Assembly (NCBI GenBank): GCA_025786725.1
Contig: JAHLTZ010000004.1
Location: 186,001-250,000, forward strand
DNA from: Syncephalis fuscata S228
Taxonomy: Eukaryota; Fungi; Zoopagomycota
Reading direction: 5' to 3'
Length of the DNA: 64,000 nucleotides
A model generated the notes under the pieces. The model was not told the origin of the DNA. It ran no database searches and was given only the letters and a program-made list of their open reading frames with translations. The first letter of the stretch is position 1; every line of letters begins with the position of its first letter. This document shows positions 24,216 through 40,020 of the stretch, piece after piece. The position numbers and the translations under genes are program-made.

Positions 24216-26426
24216 ACTGGCCTATCTTTGTTTTATTTTTGTATATTAATGAATTGCATTATTTCTTGAGCTATAAATAACGCATACTCAATAAATAGTT
24301 TGCCAAATTGGGACGGGATGTGGACAGCCGCAAAGTACTGTGGTATCAAAAAAGAACGACCAAATGTGCTCCAAATTAATTTCTTTAAATAAATAGTCTG
24401 ATTCGTAAGCATTAATAGTGTTCTTGGCAAGTAATTTATAGAAAAGTTTGGCTATTTTTGTAGCCATTCATGGTAAGGAATGGTGTTATTCTAGGAACAC
24501 CAATGTCCATATTCATCATTTGAACGGCTTCCTTTGATAAATAGAAGAATGGCGTATGCATGGCAGTGCAGAAAGTTTGCAGATGGCGGAGGTGCAAAAG
24601 CCAATCAAACAGCAAGCTATTTTTACATTGTTAAAAATACCTCTGTACTAAGGCTAGTTTCTTTGTTAATTCTTTTGAAATGAGCGGAAATCTAATACGA
24701 AAAAAGCAGTATTGCAAGTGCCATTTTTGTTAATGGCAAAACAAAGAATTGTACTGACGTCTAGAGCCATACACATGTTGTGGTTCACTTTCTATTTATG
24801 AATACAACAAAGATATAAAGCTATTAATAAACAGCTAAAGAAAAACAATAACATTATTCGCAAGTTTATTACATTGTTCAGATGGTGATACTATCAAGCA
24901 AATAGTTCTAGCCTGTTATTGGCCCATGAACTAGGCTGATTATAATCCATAGGGGTGATGGCTATCACAAATGAAAATAGAATGTGATAGTACGTGAACA
25001 GATGACAATCAGTAATGGCAACAGCAACGCAGTAATCAATAAACCAACACTTATTCTAAAAACTAAGGTGGTGACGATCTATTTCCACATGTTGATGTGT
25101 ATGAATCAGCGTTGTTTTGTATCTATTAGCCTATTCTATGTATGAATGGGTGGGTGGTTGTGCCTGTGTGCTTGTGTATGGGTATGGATGTCGATATGTA
25201 TGACGAAGATGGAAATGCACTACTTCTCCTTTGATACAACATCGGCGCGTTCCAAACCTGCCCGCAAAGTCACCCATGGCACCTCGTGCTTTATCGCAGT
25301 ATAAAGCGCCTTTGTCGCCGAGCTACGTCTCTTGCTCCTCCCCCGGCATTCCCTTCGTCTCGTCTTTTATTCGACTGTTAGCATTCCCTTGTTACTTTCG
25401 TCAGCATTCACAACGCTTAGCATTTCCCTTCATTGACGTCTAAATAACTTTGGACGTTTCCGCCGGCTGCATTTCCTTTGTACATCACATACATACCACT
25501 TGGTTTTAGGTTGAAGTACAAGGATTTTTGTTTATATTCTTATTTTTTATCATATCATCAACAGTTGTCTGTTTATAACGAAGGAGGATCATTATTGACA
25601 CGTATAATCACGCGTGATATTCATCTACATCATAGCTATTGTCGTCCAATTTGTAAATACTGGTCGATAATTATAACTACAGTGTACACGCGTGTTTGAT
25701 TTTACATTCTATTTACAAGTTTATTATCTTTTTATACGCTTGTGTGGATGTTTATACGTGAACTACAATAACATTACCATTACACACCATATCGCCACCA
25801 CTACCATCATCACCATCATCACCACTACCATCATCATCACCATTAAAAATACCTTTATTGCTGCGGGACGAACGCGCACACAAAAACACACAGACAGGAA
25901 AAAACGATTTACACACACTCACACAGATCTACACGAACTGTGAATTGCTCGTGTGCGATATTATCATTGAAGCTCACTGTACGACAGTCGTTCTTCATTT
26001 GAATACTCGTCATTATTGTTAGGCGCGGCCTTTTGTCCGTGACATCACTGCTGTGTGGCTAACCGGTTTTTTATTGACGTTTTGGAGTACAGCGACAAAA
26101 TCACCATCAAAATTATCGCAATACAATTACTACTTACACGTCTTCGCTGTGTAGATACCAACGTCAATCTATACACATTTATTACGTTACACTACCTGTG
26201 GTATTTACACTTGTTTGTAAGCCATACTAAAATTTATATGCGCGGAGCACGGATTGTCTTCATATTGCCCGCATTTCCTTTTAAAACGCAGACACGCGAC
26301 CTACCGTTCATTGGACAGGTCTAAAAATAACACTTATCGTCACTATTACGATCTATACAAGGAATACAGTTTTGTGTGTGTGTATATCTGGATACTTACG
26401 TAGTAATCCGTGATCTATAATACAAC

Positions 26427-28458
26427 ATGCGACCCATTACACCTTCAGTATTGTCCTCGGAGAGGTTTGCCTATTTTATCATTAATGTTGTGGCAACATC
26501 TCATAATTCGATCGTCTATTTGGCAACATCAGTTCCACTCAATGACTACCTCGAGAACTGTATCAATATCCAAAATTCGCAATTAGTTGTGCTAAAGCAG
26601 GTTAATCGTCGCCAAGAGTCTATCTGCGAGTTGCAATGCCATGAATTTGTTCATAGTCATCCTAATGTCCTCTCACTACTCGACTGTATTGTACACGATG
26701 AAGATATGTTTTTTGTGCTCGAATACTGTCCCGAGGGCGATCTTTTCAATGCTATTATGACACAAAATGCTAATGGTACACTTACTCAGCGTGAACGCGA
26801 AGTCTGGGCCATGGATATTTTCCGTGATATCATCAACTCAATTAGTTGGTGCCATAAGAACAGTGTTTGGCACCGTGATATTAAACCGGAGAATGTTCTT
26901 ATTGCCTCGGATGGACGGGCTTTACTTGCCGACTTTGGATTGGCTACAACATACGCGCAGACTTACGACCATGGTGTCGGCAGTGCCATTTATATGGCGC
27001 CCGAATTACTAAATACGTCTGGCGCATGGCATGGCAAAACTCCGATTGATTCAGCCAAAGTTGATATTTGGGCGCTTGGCGTTCTACTAATCAATATGCT
27101 CTCAGGCCGTAATCCATGGGGTAGTGCTCATTATGCTGATGCTGCATTCCAGATCTATTTGAATCGTCCAGAAGCACTACGTGAAACATTCAACTTGTCG
27201 GAGGACGGTTGGTATATCATTAAGCGTATGTTGGCCATTGATCCATATGAACGGCCAACTATTGAACAAGTATCTAGCTGGATCGATATGGTCAAATCGT
27301 GGACTATTGAACAGCCTATGGCCGTTGTATCAATTTGCTTTAACGAGCCAGCCACAGCTACAACTGCCGTTGTTGATGCTGTCGCCACCATTGATGATGA
27401 TGCATTTGACTTTGATGCAATTGATGCTGAACTACAAGCAAATGCACTTATCTTTGCCTATGGCCAAGAAATGCTAGATATCATGGTCAATGATGAAATG
27501 ACTGTACCAGTTTGCGATGAAGCATTAGTACCTAATATTGATGTTCAACATGAACTTGCCAATAATACGGCAGCATTTAAAGAGACGGATGCAATTAGCG
27601 TACCTGAACTTGATTCTATTGAGCCGGTTACTCGCACTTCTGGCCGACCTCGTTCACTGCCTAGTCCGAGGAGCACTATGCACCTCTTTTAATGGAAATT
27701 GCCGCTAACGATCTTATTCACACAGAAGCGCCACAGCCTCGAACAACCCGTGTGCCATCGCTTACCAACTCGCTGGCCAGTCTATCCGACGACGACCTTG
27801 ATGCTATTGATCTGGCCGTCTATGAAATGCACACATTAACGTCAATGCATGATGATACGACTACCGGTTGGTATACACATACTGAAGATAGCACTCCACT
27901 TATCGATAATAGCCATCTTAATGCTGTACAGCAAATGCACCAAGCAGCGCTGTATGACGAAGACGATGAACTATTATTGAGTAGTATGGGTCTAGACGAC
28001 GATAGCAGTGTTATTGCCGATATTTACGATGCATATCAATCCATGCCTATCGACTATAATACAGCATCTAAAATGCCTACATCGACAACAACGACAACAA
28101 CACTATCGTCAACAGATAACATTGCTGTAACGCCATCGTTATCAGCATCGTCGTCGTCGTCGTCGTCGAGTTCGTCGCGTCTATCATCACAAGTATGTAC
28201 GATTGAGCAGCCTAACCGGTCTATATGGCCCGTGTCCATCCAACATTGGATTTAGTAGCTAAACCGACACGGAGCAATTCGACTATACTACGGCAGCCAT
28301 GGGTTGATATTAAAGAGATGACGACGGCCACTGCATCGCCCGTCCATGGATTAAACGAACTAGAACGCATTCAACGCGGAAGACATACTGGACACGGCTT
28401 CGTTACAACGGAATCGTGGACACCGTTTGAACGAGTTGGCACACCTGCATGTGCTTAG
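26427..28458 (+). CDS. Ran1/Pat1-like Ser/Thr kinase, intronless; long C-terminal tail split over three ORFs by two probable 1-nt errors
   Basis: VHSHPNVLSL, LEYCPEGDLF, HRDIKPENVL, LADFGLAT, GVGSAIYMAPE, DIWALGVLLINMLSGRNPW (Ran1-type NPW). ORFs 27692-28255 and 28225-28458 continue with protein-like sequence. Confidence 0.85.
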
Positions 28459-29716
28459 TTAATGGCCTTGTATAATGTGCTATTACCTACACACTCGCTC
28501 TCTACGGCTTAGCTCGACTCGATTCAATTCGATTTAGCTCCTGTTCTTCTCTGTTCTTTGCATGTTGCTGTCGTTTAAATGACAATTATTTTTATCTTCC
28601 ATGGTACGCGGCGTCTTATGTTATGGCGCATTCTCACTCTACGCCACACTCACATCTTCGTATTTCTTTGTCTACGAATCTGGTCTATTGAACCTTTTTG
28701 CGTTCAATAGCTCTATTTCATTCGCCCTTTCTTTTTAATTCCCGCGTCTTCAGTTCTTAGTTTCAGTACTCTTTGTCATGCTCTTCACTCTCTCTCTATC
28801 TCTCTCTCACCGTCTTTTACGTAACATGCCATCCATGAGCAGTTAACATACAGCTCGGCCAGTATCCGATGCGGCTATCCTATGCTTTACTTGCTAGGCC
28901 ATACACACGTCATTCCATCGTGCCATATGCCACATCTGATACTGCATCAGCATCGGCGATGGCCACATCCATGTATCTTCCATTGGAAGATGTGGGAGAT
29001 GCCTTTGCATAAGCAAGGCATAGGATGGCCTAAAAAGAGCATCGTGAGTTACTTAGTCTTGGATTTTCTCTAGCATGTCTTTCTACTCTGTCGACAACGC
29101 TTGCATATTTGTTGTGGAGTCGTTGTACGTCGTAGCACACATACACATATACAGCACTACGGTCACCTGCTTTCGCTTTCTCTTCACTTACGCACCTTCC
29201 TTTACTTCTATTTCTTCCTTCTATGGTTTTCTCCCTCTCTCTCTCTCGCTATTGCGACGCAGTCGGTGACCGTGTGGGTGTATGTGTGTGCGTGTCTACG
29301 TGAATACGTAGCATGCGCGCGCACACCATCGGTTCTACAGACCGACTGGCTGGATTAGAGTCGTGTAAAAGAGCAGCAATAATACTTGCTTGCACCACAC
29401 TTGCTTCAACCTGCGCTTGCGCGCATGCTCAATAAAACGATCTCCTATTTAAGTTATATACTTCCTAGTACTTATTGCCACCTGCATGACACGTGTCTAA
29501 TAACCAATCACTGCTGATCGGCAGTTGTCAATCCGCGTACGCGCGTATCATGTACATTTATAATGCTATTAATAGCAGTTAATTTCTTTTCTACGCACAT
29601 ACAGTTATCTACACTCAATCTATATTTCAAATTCAGAATCTTTTATTTAAAAGACATTACAGGTAGATTACACTACACTGACATTAAATTGCTTGATTAT
29701 TCATTCCATTGCAGTC

Positions 29717-31011
<1,295 letters not shown>

Positions 31012-31262
31012 TTAATATTATTGTAATAAACTATATCATTTCCCAATTAATATTTTATCATTTTAGTTCAATTAATGGTTAGAATTAAAATAAATTTATC
31101 AAAAAATGTCAACGATTTATCATTAATAGATATGAAAAAGAAATAATGGTAATTTTATTAATATGAATCATCGTGGAAACAAAAAAGAAAAAGAAATTGG
31201 TCTGTATAAACAATTAAAAAACAAACACACACACAAGCAATGCAGTGACAAAATTACGTAGA

Positions 31263-34085
31263 TTATTCTGGTGGTAATAAAGAGTTAATATGACTTTGAA
31301 TTGATTCATGTACTGTAGCCGTAGAAGTTGTTGTTTCCGTTGTTATTTTGGTCACTGTAAATTGGCTTTCTTCCTCTCGTTGTTGTTGTTGTTGTTGTTG
31401 TTGTTCCTCTTCATCTGACTCTTCTTCTTCATCTGATGGTAATCCTGTTTCTAATATTTCACTATCAGATTTGGTACGATTTAATGTTTCCGTTTCTTTA
31501 TCTTCCTCCTCATCTTCGTCTAATATTGCTCCTTGGAACAAGTGAAAGTTGGGTGCAACGAATTCAAATGGTTCATCACCCGGCTGTCCCTTTGACGTGC
31601 CATGTGGTAATTTCTCATGTTGTAATTCCCAGTTCAAACGTCGACATAGTTCGGGTACAATAAGATCGCAATCACCTAGTAATTGGACATCAAATTCCAT
31701 ATGTCGAATAGGTGTTTTGTTGATAACAATTTGAGGTACTCTATGTGGAATATGGCCTAGTTGTATAGGGGATATCAATAGACATTAGTTATACTGTCCT
31801 ATAATATGACTACAGTGTAATAGATACTTACCCATTATGCCAGATACTGGTGCCACTTTTAAACTTGATCCCATGACAATAAGCAAATCAACCTCTTCTC
31901 TATCCATGGCCAATCGATCATCAAATTCTGAAGGAAGATTTTCACCGAAGAATACAATATCTGGCTTTAAGATGCCATCACTATTTTCGTCATCTTCATC
32001 CTCACTGTCATCGTCGCTGGTTCTTTTTCTAATAGGCTTGTTTTCTTTGCGTCGTTGAGCACATTGTGGGCATCGAGGTACACGCTAGAATATTAAATAC
32101 ATATATGTTAGTACTATTGTATTATTTATCAATTATAAATCCAACTATTAAACATACCTCAGCAAAAATATCATCTTTAATTTCATTACCAGGCACCACA
32201 TGATGGCATTTAATGCATCGAGCTGTAGCAAATGAGCCTAATAATACTATTAGTAAACAATAACTAATGAATGCCATTTATTAATACACTTACCGTGACA
32301 TTGTAACACACGCTCAATACCGGCTGATTGTTCTAGTGTATCAATATTTTGTGTATAGTTACGTAAAAGTCGACCCTTCTCTTCCAATAAACGAATAAAT
32401 GCATGTGAAGGTGATGGCTTAAAGTTACTTGGATAGATTTCCTACATATTATAATTAGTGAATGTATTATATTATATGCTAGTTATTTACCTTGGCAAAT
32501 GAAAAGAATATCTCAGGACAATATCGAAAGTATTCTATATCAAACATTTGTTGTGGATCATCCAGTGGATATTTATCCATACGAGAATATATGCCATTGG
32601 CTGAACGAAAGTCAGGAATACCACATGATACTGATACCTATTATAATATATATATATATATATTAATACATATAATATTATTTAATGTTAATATAACAGA
32701 TGTATTATACTTACACCAGCACCGGTCAATACAATAATATTCTTGGCCTCATGCATCAATCGAACCACATCATCGATGGTATTCACATCTGCCAATTTAC
32801 GACGTCGACGAAGAAATCGTTGAATCGAATAAACAAGAATTGATAATAGACGGCTATCCGGTAGTAATAAAGCTTGTGATGGCTAATAGTAATAGCAACA
32901 GTAAAGTATTAATATACTATTTATCTATTAATTAATTAATTATTAATTAATTACCAATGGTCGATCAAATAATTCAATTAGTTTGGCAAGAGGCACTGTT
33001 TGTTGTGTAACGTATTTTTCTATAAATGAAACCATACCAATTTCTCTAGTCTCTTCCAACAATGCTTCACGCTCTTCTCCTTTATAATAGTCTAGGACAG
33101 GTGGTGGAGAGGCCAATGACTCATCTCCTACTTTATAAAAACATTAATAAACTATTAGTGGCTGTTAATAAGCTATATATACCTTGCTTTGATTGTGTAT
33201 TAGCGGCAATCTCTTTAAGTAATGCGACAAATGGATCATCAAGATCACTATCGTCGTGGTAGCTTTCATCGTCTGAGGAGGCCGACTCGTAAAACGGTGA
33301 CTGTGGTTGCTGCAGCTCGTCTTCATTATCACTGCTATTTTCATGGGTATTTAAATAATACTGAGCTATGTCATCGCGTGCCAATTGCTCAGTCGACCAG
33401 TTCGAGTGTCTATCCTGTGTATTAAGTGACGGCAACGCCACTGACATAACAGGTCTTCTGTCACTTGTAGTAACTGGTATATTAGGGAAAATATCAGCTG
33501 GTGAGATGGATGGCATAAGCGTAGTCGCAACACTACTTTCATCTATAACCGATGTCGCTGCAACAATGGCCTCAGATAAGTCTACCGACGATCCAATAAT
33601 CCCATTCATCTCGAGAATGACATCGTCGGTACATGCAATTGGAGCCATGTCTAATGGCACCGATGTTATTACTGGAGGCAACGCAACAGCCCCATGGCTT
33701 ATATCATTGCCGATGGTAGGTGGATTAAAGATGGCTAAATAGTATAAATAAGTTAATTACTATACAATTAGTTGGTGGTCATTGATACTGGGTGACGTGT
33801 GTTTTTCGCGCATTTCTATTCCTTTTATGTTTAATTGTTATGTTTACTCGCGTCACTATGTCTACAACTATTCTAGACCGCACAGCCAATATGTCTATGG
33901 ATTACATATGTCGCACACACACATATATATATATATAACGTACATGCGTACGTACAACACGTGTACTTACCAGGGGCTGCTTCTTTAACATCCTCACAAG
34001 ATGACGCAAATCGTTTGGCAGGTGAACCTTCTCGATCATGATCGCGATCATTGGCGATCCGCTTTGAAGAGAATGGAGAATTCAT
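31263..34085 (-). CDS. SIR2: Class I sirtuin, NAD-dependent deacetylase
   Basis: NIIVLTGAG|[46 protein letters not shown]|[54 protein letters not shown]. Confidence 0.93.
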
Positions 34086-34243
34086 ATGCTGCGCCGTGAA
34101 CTGTTGTCAAGCTATACGAATCAGTAATCCTGGAAGATATAGACAGCACAGCTTATACACAATCAAGCAAATGATGAGGATATGTGGACGAGTGTATGGG
34201 AATTATTAGTGTGTGTGTGCTTTATGCATGTATCCATATCCGA

Positions 34244-34266
34244 GTGTGTGTGTGTGTGTGTGTGTG
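34244..34266. repeat. (GT)n microsatellite
   Basis: About 11 GT units upstream of SIR2. Confidence 0.9.
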
Positions 34267-34947
34267 AAAGTGTAAGTAATACTGGACCCAAATATCACGT
34301 GACTATGTTTAATTCAATTTTCACGTTATTCTTTTATTTTTTACTCATCGGGCATTGAATTATTGTTACCAATAATGGAAAAGTTTAGTCTATACGTCAT
34401 TTCTATGATAAAAATAAATATAGCTATTGAATAATACAACATGCCTGTATAACTTGTTCTAAAAAATACACTAGCGTTGCTCGGCAAAAGCATTTACATT
34501 TAGCGGATGTTTGTGCAACCATGTGTGTATTAATGGTGTGTATTTCATTGTTATAACTGGAAATAGATTCCTTTGAAAAGTACTTGCATGCGTCTTTGTT
34601 CTGTCGTTCCTGTTCTATACCGCTAGTGCTATTTCTTTCGACAGCTTTTACTCTTTCCTCTTTCTCTCCTTTCTCTCTCTATCACTTTCTATTTGTCGTT
34701 CTATCGAAAGTTACTATTGATTTATTTAGCATTTACTGTCTATCTGCATTTTCCTTTCCTTTCTGTCTATTGTGTAGTGTACTTAAAGCACTCACTAGCT
34801 CAATTGCAACTATCATACTAACAAGAAACTTTAAACATTGTCATACAGACGTATCATTTGTCATCACCTCTTGTATTCAGTAGCTTTGGTTTGTCTATAA
34901 CATATCAGTGCTTAGTTTTATTTGTTTATATTAAACACACTGCCATA

Positions 34948-36554
34948 ATGTTTGGCAGTTTGAAAGCAACGTCGGGTGATAATTATCGCTTCAGTAATAA
35001 CTATGTTGACTTGCCTGTTGGTATGCGCAAAGGCAAGACATGGCGGCAACGTTTGATACCCGAGACAATCGTTGGCAAGGTTGCTCTTGCTTTTATGTCG
35101 CTCCAAGCGCTTATCACTTTAGTTCTTGAGATTGTTATTACTGTATTTCATATACAGCAAATGAGCAATGCCGGTAATACCCATTACTCTATGGACGGCC
35201 ATATGGTAGCGCCTAATTCCACTAACGATGCCAAAGGCTCATACATGGAACAACAAATGCGGCAAAGTGAATCAGTCATAGTATATCATTACATTTTCAT
35301 GAGTGCTCAATTCTTTTTGGTGGCCATGACGTGGGATGCGGTAAGTAAAAGGCGGACTTGCAAAAGCATCTAGCGCCGTGCTGTGCCACGCCGTGCCACT
35401 TGTGTACTACAAACATTGAACTAATCGATATTTAGATTATGCGTAAAAATACATTGCAACTTATTGGAATTTGTCTATTATTACTTCTATTCATTGCCTA
35501 CACTTATATCCAATCTAATCAACACGCCAATGTAAGTGATACTTGTCAAATGGCTACAATAGTTATTTAACTTATATAACAATTTAGATGAATATGGATG
35601 ATATTAAACATCTTGCGGAGACGCATCACGTCTTTGTTCATAATACAATTCCATATGAAATGACCTTAATTGCCATCACGGCCGCCGGTAGTATATTCAT
35701 GGCCGCCATTACATGGGAGCTTTATCGAGACTTTGGTTGGAAGATTTACAAGAAACTCGGTGCCGATCTTCAAATCAGTCGTATGTAGCCTATAATATGA
35801 TAAATTGGCAAAGACCAACGCTAATGGAACTTGACTTTACAACGCTAGGCATGTATCGTCTTCATCAAATCACACTTACTTATCTCAAGTTTGATGCGTT
35901 CTTTTTTATTGCTTTCTCTGTACAAATTGTGATATTGTCGCTTAAAGGCGCCGATTCTGAACGCTACATACAAGTGACTGTGGCTATCCCACTTAGTGTT
36001 TTGATGATTTGTTTGGCCATGTTTGCGGTAAGTGTTTAACAGCTGCGCTATAACGTTATAGATGTACACATACTAATTATATTTATAGATTCACAAAGAA
36101 AGCAAGCCATTACTTATTTTGTATTTACTTACTTTGGTTATTGGATTTGGCTATTTAATCTACAAACTGGTAGACATTTCTATTACTGAAAGGAATGAGA
36201 AGGATCCCTACATAGCCAGTCGTAAATTCTTATATTTTTTCGGTAATATAGTAATATACAATAATTTAATATGTAACTAACAAATGGTTGTTTAGTGTTG
36301 GTGACTCTGGCTCTTGGTGTAATTAGCGCTATTTACTCGATACTGTGCTACAGATACTTTGGTCGTGGTTTAATTGAACATCGTAAGTTTATTTATTTCT
36401 ATGCTAAATCCTTATGCTAACGAGGTTGACTACAGGTCGCCAACACAAGCTTGGTCGCGTTGCGGCGCCAGTGAGTGCCACCGACGAAGAAGCGAGACGA
36501 ATTTCTTTAATGCATCGACAAGAAATGAATGCCAATCGTATGGAGTTGGATTAA
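34948..36554 (+). CDS. Multi-pass membrane protein, UPF0658 (fungal Golgi membrane protein)-like
   Basis: About seven TM segments; WDA|IMRKNTLQLIG; LYRDFGWKIYKKLGADLQI..MYRLHQITLTYLKFDAFFF; CYRYFGRGL; ends RMELD*. Confidence 0.75.
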
Positions 36555-38261
36555 TAAACTGCGTTTGTTTCCTATGTTAATGCTAACATATGGACAGCGA
36601 GCTACCTGCTCGGCTTATCTTTATTTCATTTATTTTGACTAACGTGATTTTATCAGTAAATAAAAAGTCAAGTATTAAGATTAAGTAATAGTTATAACTT
36701 TTGCTTTAATTTTTGTGCAATAACTTCAATCTAATAGTAAATGAAATACAATATTAAACAACGAGTATTCATAAATAGGTGCTAATATTTTGACAAACAA
36801 AGCATTCAATAGACTGGCTGCATTGCATTTTATAAATTAAATTAAATGGCATCGGGTCTAATATTTAAATATATTTAATGTCAAGATCAATAAGTAGAGT
36901 CAGTTAATATTAATAAACCAGAAAATAAATAATTAAATAATGCTATTATTGATACTTTAACAGTTCAAACGATCCATGATGAAGTTATTACATTCTCGTT
37001 TATATAGAAACAAAATAACTTTGAATAACAAATGATTCAACGGATTATATGGAGGCAGCCGATAATTAGCTAGTACCATTATTAAATAACGACCTATTAA
37101 TATATCTAATGAACAAATCAATAAATATTATAACAATGCATATTTTAAAGATTTATTGTATGAAAAAAAGTCGCGGAAAAGCCCTTTATTAGTTTTATAA
37201 TGCGAGGAGTATTATATCTATACTGATCTATACTATTCAATTATAAAATATTGCCACAACACTTAATTTATTGATTAAAGAGGATTCATTGACCGGGTTA
37301 CCTACAATTTTTATATCATTAGTTCGTGATTTTATGATATCAAAACAACTCATAAAATAATTACAGTTTAATCATTTATGCAATTAACTTGGACTAATGC
37401 TAAATAGTATGATAACCACTAAAACATTTATTTAAATGTAGTGCATTATAGTTATTTAAATATTTAAAATAAAAAGCCCACATCTACAGTAATAATATTA
37501 TTTGAATTAATCTGACAGATTCGCTTAGTCTGTCTTTATTAGTTCAAATTGATTCGACAATATCAAAAATATTTTTACTTTTCGTGATATCTCTATTGTA
37601 CATGTCCTGGTGACTTTTACAAACTAAAGTGCTTTGATGAATGCAATCGCCTGGAGTAGCCTTTAAAACAATAAATTATGCTTTTTTGTTGGTTGCAATA
37701 TTATTGGGCGCCATTTTTTAGTTTCAATACTGACAATGAATTGTTTAGCATTTTATTGACAATTTTTATAATTATTTATTCTTTTACATATTAATAAATT
37801 ATTATTATAATTAGCGTACAAAAGCAACTTTGCAAATTGTAAAATTGTACTGCTAATCTGTGTACTCGGCTATTGTTTGCTAATTCTTAAATGCAAATAA
37901 AATATGATCTAACAACAGCTTGATCAAATATAATTAAAATGAAATCATGTGTTTATTACTAAAGGTTTGCACAGTTGAATAGGCACAACTCATTGCAGAC
38001 TTGTTGTAATATAATGATGCCATTGATTGAAAGGCCAATAAACCGGAGCATTGGTTAGAACTTGATATATAATGAGCTAAACGGCAGTTGTTGGATGGGC
38101 TTGTTTCTTGCCGAATATATACCTAAAGTGTATGAAGCTAGCAGCTCAACCATACTACCAATGCTGATGCCTTGAAAGCATCGGTTACTCTATGGTTATA
38201 AATAATGTAAAACATATCATAAAATTAATGCACAATCTAACATTATATGCTGCCACTTACC

Positions 38262-39882
38262 TTCTGTTAATATAAGTTATCAAACACACACAGTTTACAG
38301 TATATGCTTAGTAATAGTTGATCAGTATATAATGCCACTTACAAGCTATTAATGCAAGTTAGTAGACAGATAATATGCATGACATATTTTTAATATATAG
38401 CTTATTAATATTTAATATTACTTACAACCTATTGGATACATACAATGCATGACATATGCTTAGTAGATAGCTCATCAATATACAATATAACTTACCAACT
38501 ATTGATACAAATTATTAAATATACAAATCGTGTATGATATATGTTTAATATATCATTTATTAATATCTGATACTACTTACGACCTGTCGATACAAGTTAT
38601 TAAATACACAATATGCATTACGTATGTTTAGTATATATTTTAATAATATAAAATACTACTTACCGACTAGTAATCCAGGTTATTAAATACACAGTACATG
38701 ATATGTTTAGTATATAGCTTATTAATGAACAACAGTACTTACCTTCTATTAATACAAATTATTAAACACACATGATACACAACGTGTGTTTAGTATATGG
38801 CTAATTGATGTGCAGTGACACTTACCAACTAAAATTACAAATTGTATATAATATATGCTTAGTATATAGTTAATTGTATACAATGGTACTTACAATCTGT
38901 TGATACGAATCATTAGACACACAGGATGCATTATATATGCTTAGTATATAGTGAATCAATATAAAATGCCACTTACTCTCTATTAATACAAGTTATCAAA
39001 TACACGCAATGTATAGTATATGATTAGTATATGAATCATTAATAGATAATGGTGCTTACCTTCTATTAATACAAATTATTAAATACACATGATACACAAC
39101 ATGCGTTTAGTATATAGCTAATTGACGTGCAGTAATACTGACCAACTATTGATACAAGTTATTGAACACAATTCGTGTATGATATATGTTTAGTTTATAA
39201 GTAATTAATATATAATGGCACTTACAAACTAGCAATGCACGTTATTGAGCACGCAGTGCATGGCATATACTTAGTGGTAATTAATCAATATATAATTCCA
39301 CTTACCGACTATTAATACAAGTTATAAAGTAAACATAGCACATAATATACGTTTAGTATATAGCTTATTAATGTACACTGCCGCTTACTTTCTATTATGT
39401 TATTATTTTCGATGCAAACAATAGTTAGCCAAATAAATAAATAATACTTTCCACGGTAGTTTACCTCCTATTAATATAAATTCAGTATATTAGCATTATT
39501 AACGTGGCACTTTATTTATTGTTTTATATTAAACTTACTCTTAGATAATGGTACTGGTTTATTCGTTTTTGATCAACAAGCAATCATTAATTAGTAATTT
39601 ATTAAAAACTTATGATTAATACTTACCGTCTGCTTAAATGTATTTATGGCGTTTATCACATGTATAGCAACATACAGTAAGTACAGGAACAATAATCTAT
39701 AATCAGGACTTACCAGCTAACATAACCATTAGTTAGCTATAATGCTAGAAATACACCAATATGCACATTTATTATAATTGTAACATACCACGATGAGCTA
39801 GAGCTGGCATAGCATCCACCATAGCCATATTGGCGACAAGAGCTACGATAATGGTGCAGATGATGGAAATAGAAAGCTTCAT
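38262..39882 (-). CDS. Micro-exon secreted peptide precursor, type B (53 aa: MKLSISIICTIIVALVANMAMVDAMPALAHRADVPLSKR-EIVFEENFEVGLGS*)
   Basis: Exon 1 39882-39789; 3-nt exons CTG (39714-16) and ACG (39627-29); 15-nt exon 39539-39553; then 16 consecutive 3-nt exons GAG, AAA, TCG, TTT, TTG, AAG, AGA, ATT, TTG, AAG, TCG, GTC, TTG, GTT, CTT, AAG (39467 down to 38261). Same architecture as type A, frame open to the same terminal T|AA. Confidence 0.83.
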
Positions 39883-40020
39883 GGTGATATCGATCTGTTG
39901 AAACAAGCAAGTAGAATGAGCAATAGAGCCTGTTTACGTAAAGTAGATAGTAGCGTAAAACAAGTAAAAGTAAACTTTTGCGTAAGTGGTAAAATGTGAT
40001 AAAACGTAACAGTGTGATAA

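Noticed and set aside
24216-26426. Short ORFs or ncRNA upstream of the Ran1-like kinase
   Set aside because: Low-complexity (CAC/CAT, CA) sequence with mostly non-ATG starts and no tRNA/snRNA signature; likely promoter or 5' UTR.
27690-27694. TAATG termination-reinitiation (bicistronic) signal
   Set aside because: More simply explained by a missing C about 25 nt upstream, consistent with other homopolymer errors in the window.
38343-39391. Resemblance of EIVFEENFEVG to the first strand of calreticulin or other F-x-E-x-F-E-x-G beta-sandwich motifs (mimicry)
   Set aside because: Too short to be significant by eye, and the F-E repeat is explained by a local unit duplication.
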